Source: Selaginella moellendorffii (Eukaryota > Plantae > Lycopodiophyta). From it: a DNA stretch of 64,000 nucleotides. Under the pieces are notes generated by a model, which was not told the origin of the DNA, ran no database searches, and was given only the letters and a program-made list of their open reading frames with translations. The DNA lies in the NCBI RefSeq assembly GCF_000143415.4, contig NW_003314353.1, forward strand, positions 136,919 to 200,918, in the 5' to 3' direction. Position numbers and translations under genes: made by a program. This document shows, one piece after another, positions 12,541-25,649 of the stretch. Position 1 is the first letter of the stretch, and each line of letters starts with the position of its first letter.

Positions 12541-12699
12541 GTTGCATTTCGTAGCTTTGATCTTCTAGAGATTTAATGCATTTTGGAATGCAAACTACAG
12601 CCTTTAAAAACATGTTTTTTTAGTTTTAACCATGCTTTTTCCTCATGATCGAGCTTTCTTTCGATATACAACATCATAGATGAAAATGATAGTAACTTA

Positions 12700-14000
12700 C
12701 CGATAGATCGAGCCTTGCGCTCCCACTCGATGGAGCGATCCATGAAGCTGTTGATGCGACGGAGATGGTGCTCCATCTCCTCCTTGCTCGAGAAATCCGC
12801 GGGGACGGCATTGTGAACAAAGAGCCGGCATGGCACCAGCCGATTCTTCTTCCTGGCAACCAAGCCGGCTTTGTCCGCCACCCTCTTCTTCAGCCACTTC
12901 TCGAAAGCCTCGTCCGTCCTCACAGTGTAGCCGGGTTTTCCAAGCGGGACCCCGATGTCACAGTTCCTCCGGAGGGACCTGTCTCTTGCTGCGCTCTCTC
13001 ACCGAGATGCTCCACGATCACCTGAAAAGAATGGAGTGACAATGGATCATGTCATAAAGAGCGTCATATGGCCTTCTCGTGGCTCATCCCAGGCAATCCA
13101 GCACGCCTGGGACGCGCTGGTGCTCGTCGACCCCTCCATTTTCATGTTGGGGAAGATCCAGTTCATGCTGGAACTTACCAGCGTCCCGTTCTTCTGTAGC
13201 AGTGGCCCAAAATCACGTAGCACGCTCTCGAATCCCACGTAGTTTGCGTCGCAGATGTTGGAAGTCGAGATGGTGTGGAGATCGTTGCCACTTTTCTTGA
13301 GCGGCCGCAAGCATCGAGCCTGGAGAGGCGGATCTCTACGTCACAGCGCTGGACCAGCGACAGGAACCTCTCCATGAGGTTCTTGAGGTGGAAGAACAGC
13401 GATCCATGCAAGTCCCTGGATCCAGCCTCGGCTTCACCCAGAGCTCATCACCTCCGCGAAGTCCCAGCCGAGCTCTGCGTTGCTCATCTGCGACCAGCAG
13501 CCTTGCTCGAGCAGGACGTTGTTGCCGCTGGAGAAGCGCAGATCGGGTGCAGGAAAACGGCAGGAGCTTCCCGGTGATGTAGGAAGCTCCCATTGAAATC
13601 ATTGTGCTGCGTTGCGGACCTCACTCTCGCCAGCTCCAAGTCCCGTGGCTTGAGCTCCGCGGTGAGATACTGCATAATCCCTCCCCAAGTGTTGTCCTCC
13701 ATCTCGATACAAAGCTTGGAGCGTCGTGAGCTCGAGCTGGAAAAGGCCGCTTCCAGCACGGGTCCGGTTTGGTCGGAGAAGGAGCGCATGCGAGCGACCT
13801 GGATGCCCGAGCGTGTCCAATATCCACACGTGCGAGAGCGTCGTAGGCCACCACCTAGCAAGCCAGGTTCTGGGGCTTGGTCATCGCGAACGAATACCAG
13901 AGAGCTTGATCCCAGCAGCGCCATGCACATGTAGCATCTCCAGGATCATGAAGTTGCGCTCTACAACTTGGCTGTTGTGGTCATTGACGGATCTTCTTAA
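12700..14000 (-). pseudogene. DUF4470-like (MYND/TPR-associated) protein pseudogene, multiple frameshifts
   Basis: VNDHNSQVVERNFMILEML, ALWYSF, STSNICDANYVGFESVLRDFGPLL..SSMNW, NRLVPCRL..DRSIEWER, in the expected order. Confidence 0.65.
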
Positions 14001-14164
14001 GTAAAACAGAGAGTAGATCAATCATCGTTCTAGTTTCATGAAGGAAAAAAAAAAAAAGAAAGAAAGAACGAGAGTAGCGAACAAAGAAGAAAAAAGAAGT
14101 GAAGGCAAGAAGTGGGAATAAAAGGAGAAGAAGAAAGACAGCCTTTCGTGTCTAAACGACCACG

Positions 14165-14800
14165 AAAAGTAAATCACTCCGCGTCTCAAGCCATCGATGG
14201 ACTCATGCTTGCAAAGCACCAGGCTGGGCAGTCCTCCAGTGATCCTAAACCGCGCAGCCAGCTCCTCGTCGCTAAAGCCCAGCTCCAGCGTCCGGTTACA
14301 CGCGAGGAGCTCGCACAGAGACCACGCCTCGAGGTGGCAGAGCTTGCCAACGTCTTTGGCGAAGTTGTGGTATCCTGCCCGGCTTGGATTCGCGCACTGG
14401 AGCGTAGGACCTATGTGACCGATGTCTCTGGATGGCCCATCCTGGAACGTAGTATCTCGGCCCGGTCCAGACGAGAGGATCTTCGAGAGAGAAGTCGTAG
14501 AGAAACCACTTATCTCGATCGCCATCGTCATCGCCATCGCCACCATGACGGTGGTCATCGCGATCGAGGCGGTGGATAACTCGCGTCTTTCGCCGCGCGA
14601 GCTTGTAGAGCCAGTACAAGGCGAAGTAGCTCTTCCCAATCCCCGGAGTCCCAACGACATGGAAGCACTGCCAGCGGGCTTGTTCCAGCTCGCGCTCAAT
14701 CAGCTCCTCCAAGAGGAGATAGTTCGGATGGATCCAAACGGGCGATGGCGCTCCTTGTAGCTCCAAGATCCCATTTTCCAGCTTTGCCGCCGCGACATCC
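14165..14800 (-). pseudogene. Crinkler/RHS-type (CR) P-loop NTPase domain, frameshifted exon
   Basis: VVGTPGIGKSYFALYWLYKL (Walker A); YY(V)QDG at a frameshift ~14445; ANPSRAGYHNFAK; WSLCEL; RFRITGGLPSLVL; acceptor ttttgccag at 14801. Confidence 0.8.
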
Positions 14801-14989
14801 CTGGCAAAACGAAGAAGACAAAGAACAAACAAAGTCGTGACAAAGAAAAGAAAAAAAACAAAGCCTAGGAACAAAGGAGAAATGAAAGAATGTATATACT
14901 TCATTCTTAAGAAGATCATGAATCTGACTCTTAAGAATCTATATCATGAATCAATTCTTCATTCTTATAGATCATGAAAGAATGTATAC

Positions 14990-15430
14990 GTTGTCAGTTT
15001 AGGAATGGACAAAAGGTGTCTCGCTAGCTTTGGAATGTATAGCACATTAGTAATTTCAAGGTGTAAAAGGGGAAAGAAAATTGTGCCAAATGCAATTATT
15101 CTCAACGCCTCACCATTTACTGTGCTTATGGAAATTGAGAACTACTTATTTTTTGGAAAAACAATTTGTCCGAGGGCACATGATGTGTTGCCCCATTATC
15201 CAGAAGACAGGTTTAGCTTTGACATTTCCCAAATTCAGCATAATCTGCAAAGTTTAAATAAGAAAAAAATACCATTCAACTCATCATCATCATTGATGTC
15301 AATTGTCATTACATTCACAAGATGCCATTTGAGATCTCCTTGTATGTTTGGACAGTTAGAGGCAAGATGACCAAAACTACAGCACTTATTGCATCTTGTG
15401 TTGCTGTACTTGATACAAGCTTGTGCCACC
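14990..15430 (-). pseudogene. Ty1/copia gag-pol relic (zinc knuckle + protease/beta-barrel region)
   Basis: CNKCCSFGHLASNCP; TVNGEALRIIAFGTI..ITNVLYIPKLARHLLSIPKL. Confidence 0.8.
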
Positions 15431-18400
15431 GAGTTCTGTTCAGCTGCTGTTCATGGGTGTTTGTTGGAGAATCAGTTTCTTAAATGTGCAACCAGAGTGG
15501 TAGATTCATCATCCTTGGAGTCTCCTCAGTATTAGCGAGCACTACTGTAATTAGATAGAGACTTAATAAAGATTGAAAAAAAGATATTAAAGAACAGTGA
15601 TCCTGGAACATCCTAACGATGCTAAAGAGTGGTCACAAGATGACCACTTTTTTTTCCCCAAAGATGTTGAGACTTGTGTAGTGATATATGTTCGCAATCT
15701 TGAGCTTTTTCCTCTACTCCTTCGTGCCAATTGACCATTTGTCTAAAGATGTTCATCTCCATCGCTAAGACTGCTCACAATAATGCTGTTGAAGAATCTG
15801 CCATGCCTCAGTCAGAAGATATTCTCAAGGCACTGACTTGTTTTATGGCGCTTCTGGTATGCTTGCCACTGCTCCACTGTCATGTGAGCTCCATCCTCTG
15901 GAGAGAGAAGAATGGGGATGTGTTCTTATCCAATTAGAACTCCAAGCAGCTTCTTCTTGGAAAGCATGGCTTCTAGAATAGAAAAACAAAGAAATGCATT
16001 GTTATGAAGCTTGGAACTTGAGTTTTCTCCCTTCCATCTTTATTCTCTGATCTAATCTGATCTATACTTCTGCTACTACTATGTCCCCATCCTTTTGTTG
16101 CTTCCACCGATCCTGTTATGCCACAAAATTCCAAACATACCCTAAAAAAGGAAACTGACTGATGAACGATACGGAAAAATACTGGCATGCTTTGTCCATT
16201 ACAACCCCAAGACTTTTATGCAACTTATCCTCGCCTTTGATTATGGTGATTCTGGTCCAACACTTTTGCAGCCAGACGGTGTTCTAGGCATCACAGCATA
16301 AGCAATCATTGGATCAGTATGAAACAAAGTTTTGATTTCAAAAAAGAAATCACCATGCGATCACAATCAATCAGTTGCTCGAAAGTGGCTCCTCCTGTGC
16401 TGCTAAAAGTCCCACGGAGAACAATGATATTGCTTGAGGACAACGTGAGCGAGCTGCGCTGCAACTCGCCCGAGCTTGTGGCGCACAGCAGCACCATCTC
16501 CACCCCGTCTAAGACAGAGGACACGAAGAAATCAGCCAAAAACGAGTACATATCCAGGAGTGGCACTGAGCTTGTGAAGCATGAGGCAAGGGAAGTTCCA
16601 AGCTACGCGTCCAACCCAAGGCAGTACCAGGGAAGTATCACGAAGGCATGCGAGGACTACAAGACGTAAATCGGCTTGTCTCCGGCTCCGCAAAGCTTAG
16701 ATCCCCCTAAAGAGCTCTACTCGTCTTTTGCCTGCCGGAAAGCGATGATCGAGAACAGGTATCCAGCTCTCCATCTTAGTCCAGGATTCTCTCAAAGTTA
16801 TCCTCTGCGAGGAATCATTGTTTCAGAACATGCTTGCGATCAATGACACCCAAGTTTTTTTATCCTTCTGTTACAAATTTTGTCATGATGACATGACGTG
16901 AAAGTTGACACAAGTTAAATGAAGGTTCGAATCCCACTCTTAACACAGCTTCAAGAAAGAACAAATCATGGTTAGTTTTGTATGTGACTGCTGTGACAAA
17001 ATCCATGGTGAGAACAAGATGGATCAGCGCTGCTGTTTTCTTGATATTGTTTTTCAGTTTGGCATCCTGCTTGTCAATGCTGTCTACTTCGAAATGCATC
17101 AGTGAGTAAGTAGATTTGTGATTAAATCACAAACCCTTTCTTCAATCTCCAGTAACATGAGCCAGATCATGTTGCAAGGCAAAACAGGAGATGATGAAAG
17201 ATCAACAGTAGCATGCATGAAATCAATAGAGGACCAAAACAATGGTAAAACTTGCAAGGCTAAAGGCTAAAACAGGCAATAATTGTAGGTTTGATGGATA
17301 GTATAATTAAGAATATTCACTATGTTTTAAAATTTAATATATACCATTTTATATACTTTATATATTTTTATTTTCTAATTATATATTGAAAAGTAATTAG
17401 AAAAAAATGTGCAAAAATATTTTTTCTTATAAAAGGTGAGAATATGCTCAAGAAAACCCACTCTTTTGCCTTTTGACATTTCCATGGCATATGCTCCACA
17501 GCTGGCCAAATGGTTTGTATTTTCTGCCTTTCTAAGGCATTGCTGGAAAGCACTTTTAATCTGCCCAAGACACTTGTTTAGTTTAAGGGATGGAACAGGT
17601 AAGGCATATTAAGGATGAAGTAAAAAATTTGACTTAACACCACCTATAACATGGATTCCATGATAAGTGCCTTACAAACATTTATTAGTATAAAATAAAA
17701 TATTTTAAAAATTAACTTCATGGTTATTTTTGGAATTTGATGGTTATTGGGCTGGATCCCAATACTGTCGTAGTTGCTTCTAGAGCTCACACTCTTGGCT
17801 GTGTTCCTTTCAATTGTGGTTGCCATACTTTTGCGTTTTGACGTTTCTATGGGAGATTATATTCCATAGAAGATCACGTGTGACAAAATCCGGGTGCTGC
17901 CATTTGCAAAGGTCCAAGAAGTGGTACGGCTGTACCTTTTGTCAGAATTTAAACGAGTGGAGGTGAGCAATGCAGGAACCTCTTCAACATATACGTGAGG
18001 AAGGGGGAATCGATTCAAGAGAGTCGAGGGGAATGCAGATAAATCTTTTTTAGCTCAAGCGGCAAATCCACACCAAAGTACACAATAGTTCCGGGGTGCG
18101 AGCATTTACACAGTTTTGCGTTCGACATCAGCAAAGATCTTGTTAAGGGAATTGATCGTCAAGTTCGCCACTCAATCCATTTTGGGCGGACAACTATCGA
18201 AGTCTATGCGAAAGAGGAGGTCTCGCGGTTGACCAGAAAGAGAAAAAAGTAGCTCCGAAGTCCTCCGTGAATGCTCCAGATGTTTAGTGATAGAACACGC
18301 TTGTGCCATTCGTCCAGCATCGCTGAAAAGAAACTCGATCATAAAAGTCTCATACCTGGAGGATAGTCCTCTGATCCATGTTTCTACAACACATAGTTAG

Positions 18401-18689
18401 CGAAAAAGTGCCAAAGTTTGAACAAGTTTTTGAGCAGCATTGGTGGCTGGAGAAGCTCCACGATGTCCTGAAAGCTGGGTCAGTATTGTCTCAATGGTGC
18501 TTCTGGGCGCTTCTATTACGACCGCTTCCGCATAACTCGATCGCTCTCAACTAACGCTTCAACGATTTCTCTCCTTTTCTCTTCTCACCAGGCAATGGCT
18601 TTGTGTGTTTACGAGTTAGGCCCTCTCCATCGCCAGCGCTCTACCTCTCTTGCTGGTGATGGTGACGCTTGGCAGAGGGAAGAGCTCTA

Positions 18690-20325
18690 CATGGTTACAT
18701 CCTTGAGAAGGGCTATGAATCCAACACAATGTTGGCCACTCTTCTCCACATGTATAGCAGGTGCCATACGGTGCCAGAACTTGGAAGACATGCGGAAAGC
18801 CTTCGATAGGCCGTCGTGGGGTGGACGATAGTCATCTTTACACTTTTCACACGAGGCATTGCGGCTCTTTGGCGAGATGCGTCGAGAAAGTAGCGCCCAG
18901 CAAGATCACTCTCCTGGCGCTTGCTCGAGTTCTTTTGGAGTTGGGGCAAGAGATGTTTCTTGACCGGTGCATCGAAGAACTCACTGCTCTCCTCAACAGG
19001 TATGGGAAGTGTGGACAGCGAGGAGTTGCTTGACAAGATTACTCCCAGGGAAGTTCTGGTGTGGAACTCGCTGCTCGGTGTTTACTTGAAAGTCTGAATA
19101 CCTCCGAGCTGCATCCTGTTGGCAATATATCATATATGCCGCGATCGTGGTGACCAAAGTCCCGATTGCTTGGCCCTCTTGGTTCATGCCCTGAAAGATC
19201 TCTACGCTGGAAATGCCCACGCTGCGTCTTTGTGACACCCCCGACGCTTTGCCTCAGGGACGCTTGTTCGTGACTGTATCATGGAGAGTCAGATGACATC
19301 GTACTCAACAACGCAATTGTAATTAACATGAATGCTGTAGGCTCCAAAATTGTTTGACAGAAACAAGTCCATTCACTGGTGGTCGAGCAGAGGCTCCGAG
19401 GAATCGAGGATGACGACTCAGTTGCAAATGCACTTGTAAGCCTGTACGAGGAATCTGGACGATTTCTACAGGACCCAGGACCTGGTCTCGTGGAATCGGA
19501 GCTTACGCACAGCACGGCCAGCATAACGACGTGCTCAGGCCCTTCCAAAAGAGATAACCTTCGTCACCATCCCAACGTGTGTGGGAGCTTGGCGAGCTTG
19601 ACAGCGAGCAAGCATCTCCTTGCGCGTGCCGTAGAGAGTGGCCTCCAACACCGACAAGCCAAGTGGCCAATACCATCGTCAGCATAAAGCAGGTGTTGGC
19701 TCGTTCGTTCTTCGACAAGCTGAGAAAGAAGGACCTTGTCTCATGGAACACAATGCTAGCTGCGTACGCCTGCAGTGGCCGGGGTCTCGAAGCTCTCAAG
19801 CTCTTCTACCAATGCAACATATACAGGGCGGTGTGAAGTGAGCTACATCAGCATTCTCTCGCCCTGCAGCCCATGCCGGAATAGCAGCTCGGGCCTGCGA
19901 CTACTACGTGACCCGTGAAGCCAAGCTCGGCGCACACCATCGATCTCCTACTTGGCCGACTGGGCGAGGCCGAGGAGTTTATATATCACAGGCCAGCTTG
20001 TGGGTGACTTTACTCGGGAGTGTAGAGCCCATCTCGCGACCGCGGCCAGCGTGCTGCGGAGAAAGTGTTGGATCTTACTGCTCACAATCCAGGGGCCTAC
20101 GTCGTGCTGTGCGACATCTACGCCGCGGCTGGAAGGCACAGCGCCGCCGCTCAAGCTCCAGGGCCGCGGAGATTTACGCAAAGCTGGAGAAGCTTGCGAG
20201 GGAGATGGAGAGATGCCGTCCAGGATACAAAGATGGTCCATGGACTAGGACGATTGTTTCTTCGCCGCTGAGGATCATGAAGAACTTGCGAGTATGTGGG
20301 GATTGTCACACGGCAAGATCTCTGG
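18690..20325 (+). pseudogene. PPR-DYW pseudogene
   Basis: VANALVSLYEESG, KDLVSWNTMLAAYA..ALKLF, YVVLCDIYAAAG, PLRIMKNLRVCGDCHT; many frameshifts. Confidence 0.88.
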
Positions 20326-21282
20326 ACATATTGGCTTATTTAAGCATATTCCAAATAATGAGCACCATTTCTATCTTGATTAAAATTCACAAGGCGACCT
20401 CATGGTGGCCTTACTTTTCTCAATTCATGATCATCACACGATGATACTTCACGTGCTTAGAGATTCCTCAGGTCTTTGGCACTTTTACTTGTTGTAATTG
20501 TAGTTCTAATGGCTTGGTATGAGAATGAGGGACCATTCATGAAAAAAAAATTTAATCTTCCCCGAAGCTTGTAAGTTCGATAAAAAAGTCTTTATATTTT
20601 TGTCTTCCAGATCATTCAATGCAAGCAAGCAGCGCGAGCAAGCAAGCACCTCAAGCAAAAGATAGTAAACATACAGGAGAGAAATCATTTTCACCACTGT
20701 ACGCCCCAACATGTGGTTTGTCACTAGCCCAGCACAACGTTATCACAGACTTTCGTGCTCGATTCTCCAACCATCCATAGCTGGCCTGGAGCAAAACCGA
20801 AAAATCAAATACAAAAACAAAAATTGGAAGAGCCAACCAAAAGAGAGAGAGAAAAAAAAAAGAGAGTTGAAAGTACCTTGCAGCATTCTCTGCAGCTTAT
20901 ATAATTCCAAGATCTCATCCCTGAGAAGTGAAAAGTTTAACCAACACCTACAGAGAAGAGAAAAGAGGAACTTACTTCTCTCCACGATCACAGGGCCAAG
21001 CCACCCTTTTGGTAGGAGCCAGAGGCAAGCTACCTCTTCTCGCCTTTAGTGTGGTGTCCATCCACCTCTCGCGACTACTTGTCTTGCAGTGCTAGAAGCC
21101 ATGTCGTCTACGCTGGCCGAGGAAATCTGGCCCAGTCTGGATTCATAGCCTCGTCGTTTCCAGCTTGTTCACCGCCCCCCCCCTTCTCTGCTTCACTTCG
21201 TCCTTCTTCTGCCAAATTCTTTCCCGACGATCTCGTCAAGTAGCTCCTCTTCCCGTACGCTGCTCGTGAATTCTTTCCTTGC

Positions 21283-23981
21283 ATGGATCAAGAGGCCCCG
21301 ACCAATCCTGATCTCGTAGCGCCGCTGCTTGGCGTATCCGAGGATGATAAATCCAAGATCTTCCACAAAGGCGTGTCGCATCTCTCAGTCTTCCAGACAC
21401 CGGATAGGCTTTTCGAAAGCCTGGACTACGAGTAAGTTACTCTGTTCCTTTTCCTCCTGTTCCTGATCTGCCTGGATCCCAATTCCCCCGCAGGATCATC
21501 GAGAACGATCTCTTCAAACAGGACTGGCGAGCGCGAAAGAAGGAAGAAGTCTTCCTCTACATTGTCACCAAATGGGCCTTCGCGTTCCTGACCGGATTCA
21601 TTATCGGTGCCGCCGCACTTATCATCAACTTCAGCGTCGAGAACATAGCTGGAGCCAAATGGCTTGTTGCGTCGAGCTACATGACCTCTGGCAGGTAGAG
21701 TCACTCGGTCGAACTCTGGCTCCAATTCTTTTCGTTTGCGATCCATCTTTTCCCCCCTCCAAACCGTGCTGTTTTTCTCTTTAGGACCATGACTGCCTTT
21801 GCCATTTTCACCGCATTGAATACAGGACTGGTCTTCCTGGGAGCAGCCATGACTGTTTATCTTGCTCCATCAGCAGCCGGATCTGGAGTTCCAGAGAGCA
21901 AAGCTTATCTCAATGGGATTGATGCACCACGAATCCTGGAACCAATTACAATGGTCGTCAAGGTAAGCAAAAAGATAGATCTCCGAGGTAAAACAGGCAC
22001 TGAAGATAATTACCTGTGGTCGCGTAGCTACTTGGAAGTATCTGTGTCGTCTCGGCAGGACTGTATCTCGGTAAGGAAGGGCCACTTATCCATATCGGAT
22101 CCTGCGTAGCATATTTCCTCGGCCAAGGTGGCTCCCTGCGCTATCATATGAACTGGAGATGGCTGCGAGTTTTCAAGAACGATCGAGACCGGCGAGATCT
22201 TGTTACCTGTGGCTGTGCCGGAGGAGTTGCAGCGGCGTTTCGAGCACCGATTGGAGGAGTTCTATTTGCACTCGAGGAAGTAACTTCATGGTACGTTGTA
22301 TCTTCCGCTCCGCTTTGTTTTCCTGATTCAAACCTGTAGGTGGCGGAGTGCTCTTTTGTGGAGAGCTTTCTTCACAACTGCCGTTGTCGCGGTCATGTTG
22401 CAGCTCGGCAAGCAATTCTGTGCCCAGGGAATCTGTGGTCTTTTCGGAGAAGGCGGTCTCATCATGTTCGATATCAGCCACGCTTACGGCCAATTTGGAC
22501 TGCTCGACTTGTTCCCCGTTGTCATCTTGGGAGTCCTCGGAGGAATCCTTGGCAGCGTCTTTAACAAGCTCAACACTCGTGTCACCAAGTGCTACATCTA
22601 CTGGTATCTCAGGTAAGAAACATTTCAAGTTTTCCTGCGAGAAATCAAACGCGGGGTTATTCACAGAAAGCCACCATACGTCAAAGTTATACATGCCTGC
22701 TTGATGGCCATTCTCACGTCCGCCTGCTGCTTCTGGCTTCCATTTCTGGTTAAGTGCAGACCCTGCCCCGATTTATCTGATATTCCAGGATATAAATGTC
22801 CAACCCACGGACAAACAGGAAACTTCAAAGGCTTCAACTGTCCTGCCGGCCAATATAACGATCTCGCTGGCCTATTCTTCGCCACCAAAGATGACGCCGT
22901 TAGAAACCTCTTCAGTTTTAAAACGTACCGGGAGTATCACTACAGGTCCATTCTGGTTTTCTTCGGCGTATCCTTCATATTTTCCCTGATAACTTACGGG
23001 ATTGCGGTGCCATCCGGCCTGTTTATACCGTTGATCATCAATGGAGCTTCACTGGGCCGGCTGGTTGGCATGATTATGACCACCACGACCGGCAACAAAA
23101 TGGACGAGGGCTACTTCGCTGTTCTTGGTGCTGCAGCATTCCTCGGAGGAACCATGCGAATGACAGTTTCTCTTTGCGTCATTCTTCTCGAGCTCACGAA
23201 CAACATGCTGATGCTACCAATGATTATGCTGGTACTGCTTATTGCAAAAACGGTCGGTGACATCTTCAACTCCGCCATCTGGGAAATGTACGTCAGGATC
23301 AAAGGATATCCAATACTGGAAGCAAAACCCGAACCTTTCATGCAGCAGCTTACAGCCAAAGATGCGGTAACAACGTCCGTGGTTTCACTGTCGCCAGTCG
23401 AGCAAGTGTCAACGGTACTAATGGTTCTGAGGAACACAACGCACAACGCCTTTCCTGTCATCGGAGAGTCCAGCACGACTGGAAGGAAAGTTTTCCTGGG
23501 CCTGGTACTGCGATCACACTTGCTGGTACTGCTGAAAAACAAGGCCTTCCATTACGCATCAAGTGGCTCTGCAGAAAATTCGAAAATGTTACAGTTCACG
23601 GACTTTGCAAAACCAGCGACAGGGAAGTCTTTAAAGATCGAGGATATAGATTTACGTCCCGAGGAGGAGCTGGAGTTCATCAACGTCAGACACATCACAA
23701 ACGGATCACCGTATACTGTCCTTGAATCGGCATCACTGGCCAAGGCCTACACGTTGTTCCGAGACCTGGGACTTCGACACCTTTGCGTAGTTCCCCGTGA
23801 ACCAGAGGTAAGATACCGCTTTCTCAGCCTTTGGTATAAGCTCTATAAGGCTCTGTGCTTGCAGGAAGAGCCGATCATCGGGGTGCTCACTCGACATAAT
23901 TTTCTCCACGAGAATCTACAGAACATGTTCCCATATCTTATGCCCAAGAAACAAGCCGCCGGCAAAACCATTCTTATGTAA
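21283..23981 (+). CDS. CLC: CLC-family anion channel / Cl-/H+ antiporter with C-terminal CBS domains (multi-exon)
   Basis: MDQEAP..ESLDYE/IIENDLFKQDW; GSGVPE, GKEGP, LFALEEVTSW, SGLFIP, RMTVSLCVILLELT; GT-AG introns. Confidence 0.95.
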
Positions 23982-24200
23982 GTAAACCTCGAGACTTGTA
24001 AATGAAAGTCGCAAGCAAGATTGTTGAGCTCGAAAGCTTGGAGCTTTTGGACCAGTCGATTCGAGATTTTTCAGGCCCATGCATTATCACTGTCGCCTTC
24101 GAGCTTTTTGGTGTTGTCGTAAACCATTGAAGTTTCCTGCAACTGCCTACCCATTCTTTCCTGCTTCTTGCCCCTTCCTGTTATCCTTTCCTCACCAAAG

Positions 24201-25649
24201 TCACCGAGATCTACACAGGTATTTAATCCAAGCCTGTTCTGCCAAATGGTTGGTTAACATCGAATCTTCATCAGCGTTGGTCAGAAAGACATTCGTTGAG
24301 TCTATCCATAGAACTCCAACGTCTAGCCCGGTCGGATAATCAGAGTCCTTGGGAATAACACTTGCGGCAATGTCCTGCGGTTGCATTTGAAGATCTTCCA
24401 AAACAGTCTCCGTAAATGCATGCCCCGTGTGATCGTAAAGTATGATAGATAGGGGTTGACCAGCCACTGGAAATAAAGAAAAGAAAGTGAATGATCAAAT
24501 AATTAGACAACGGTATCACTCACCAGTATCTCTTGCCGCTTCAACGTCGCCAGAAAAATCACCGCCACATCCAAAGAGCGCAAACGTCCTACTTCTGAAG
24601 CAGTTCATGGGAACCAGCAGAAAGTACTCTTCACTACCTGCAAAGAACAAAAAAATCTTAGTGTGTAATAAAACACCGAAACACTTACCTTTAGCAGGAG
24701 TCACTGACGTGAGAATACTTCTACTGCAACCATTGCCGCCCTCAGACATTGACATTAACAGCTGACGTGCTTGAGCGGGAGTAAGAACCCGAAGTTTGTT
24801 CTTTGTGGAGCCCGGTGGCCTTTCTCTTTCTCCGCCTTTCCACGCTGCACAATGTTTCCGTAAGTGAAGGTGAAAATGCACGAAAGAAGAAAAAACTCCT
24901 TACCTTGCAGGAGCAACGCTACTAACAAAACGATCAAAACCATGAAGAAGCTCCCACCACCAGCAAGAACCCTGTACAAAAGATAGACTTGGTCTTCGAG
25001 CCTTCTCACATATTCTCCCACGGTTGCATTAGCATACGCGTTTTGGAGCCTGGACTACACAGCATTAGGAGAAAGAATCCATTGCTGGTGTACTTTACCT
25101 GCATGAAGCTAGAGCATCGTCCAGATATTCGACCTGTCCATCCCGAGAGCTCGATCGATCAGGCATGAGCTCCACCAAGCTTCGATCTTCATGGCACTTG
25201 ACAGTAGCAGCGGCCTTCTTCTCCAACTCACACTGCGCAATACTGATCTTCTTCTCACACATTTGCTTCCAGTAGGCGGCGTTCGCCAGTGATTTCTCTT
25301 GAGCGGAGACGAAGCGCAGCTCCAGCGCTATTTTCTCTCGATCGCACTCTTGCTGGCAATCCCTTCGCTTCTCCTCGCAATATTTCAGCCCATCCCAGCA
25401 CGAACCTTTCTCCGCAATGCTGCTCGCGAGATCCTCCCGTGCCACTCGCGCCTGTCTCACGGCGTCCTGCGCCACCGCATTGCACCAGGAATCCACCAGC
25501 GGCACCACAAACCCTGGCAAATCCTTCCCTGTCTTCCACATCGCAGCATCGCACAGCGCCGATCCCTTCACTGCCAATCCATCGCCATGGGACCCGTGGA
25601 CGATCGCGAGAGGAGCAAGAAGGCGCAAGACAACAAATATTGCGCGCAT
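24201..25649 (-). CDS. Unknown type-I membrane protein, 410 aa, 5 exons (25649-25099, 25049-24904, 24844-24689, 24637-24524, 24466-24201)
   Basis: Four GT-AG introns of 49-59 nt give a continuous 1233-nt frame; signal peptide, Cys-rich coiled-coil-like region, TM SFFMVLIVLLVALLL. Confidence 0.75.

Noticed and set aside
15700-18550. Short ORFs (e.g. 16319-16669) as genes
   Set aside because: No recognisable motifs or consistent splice structure; probably decayed fragments
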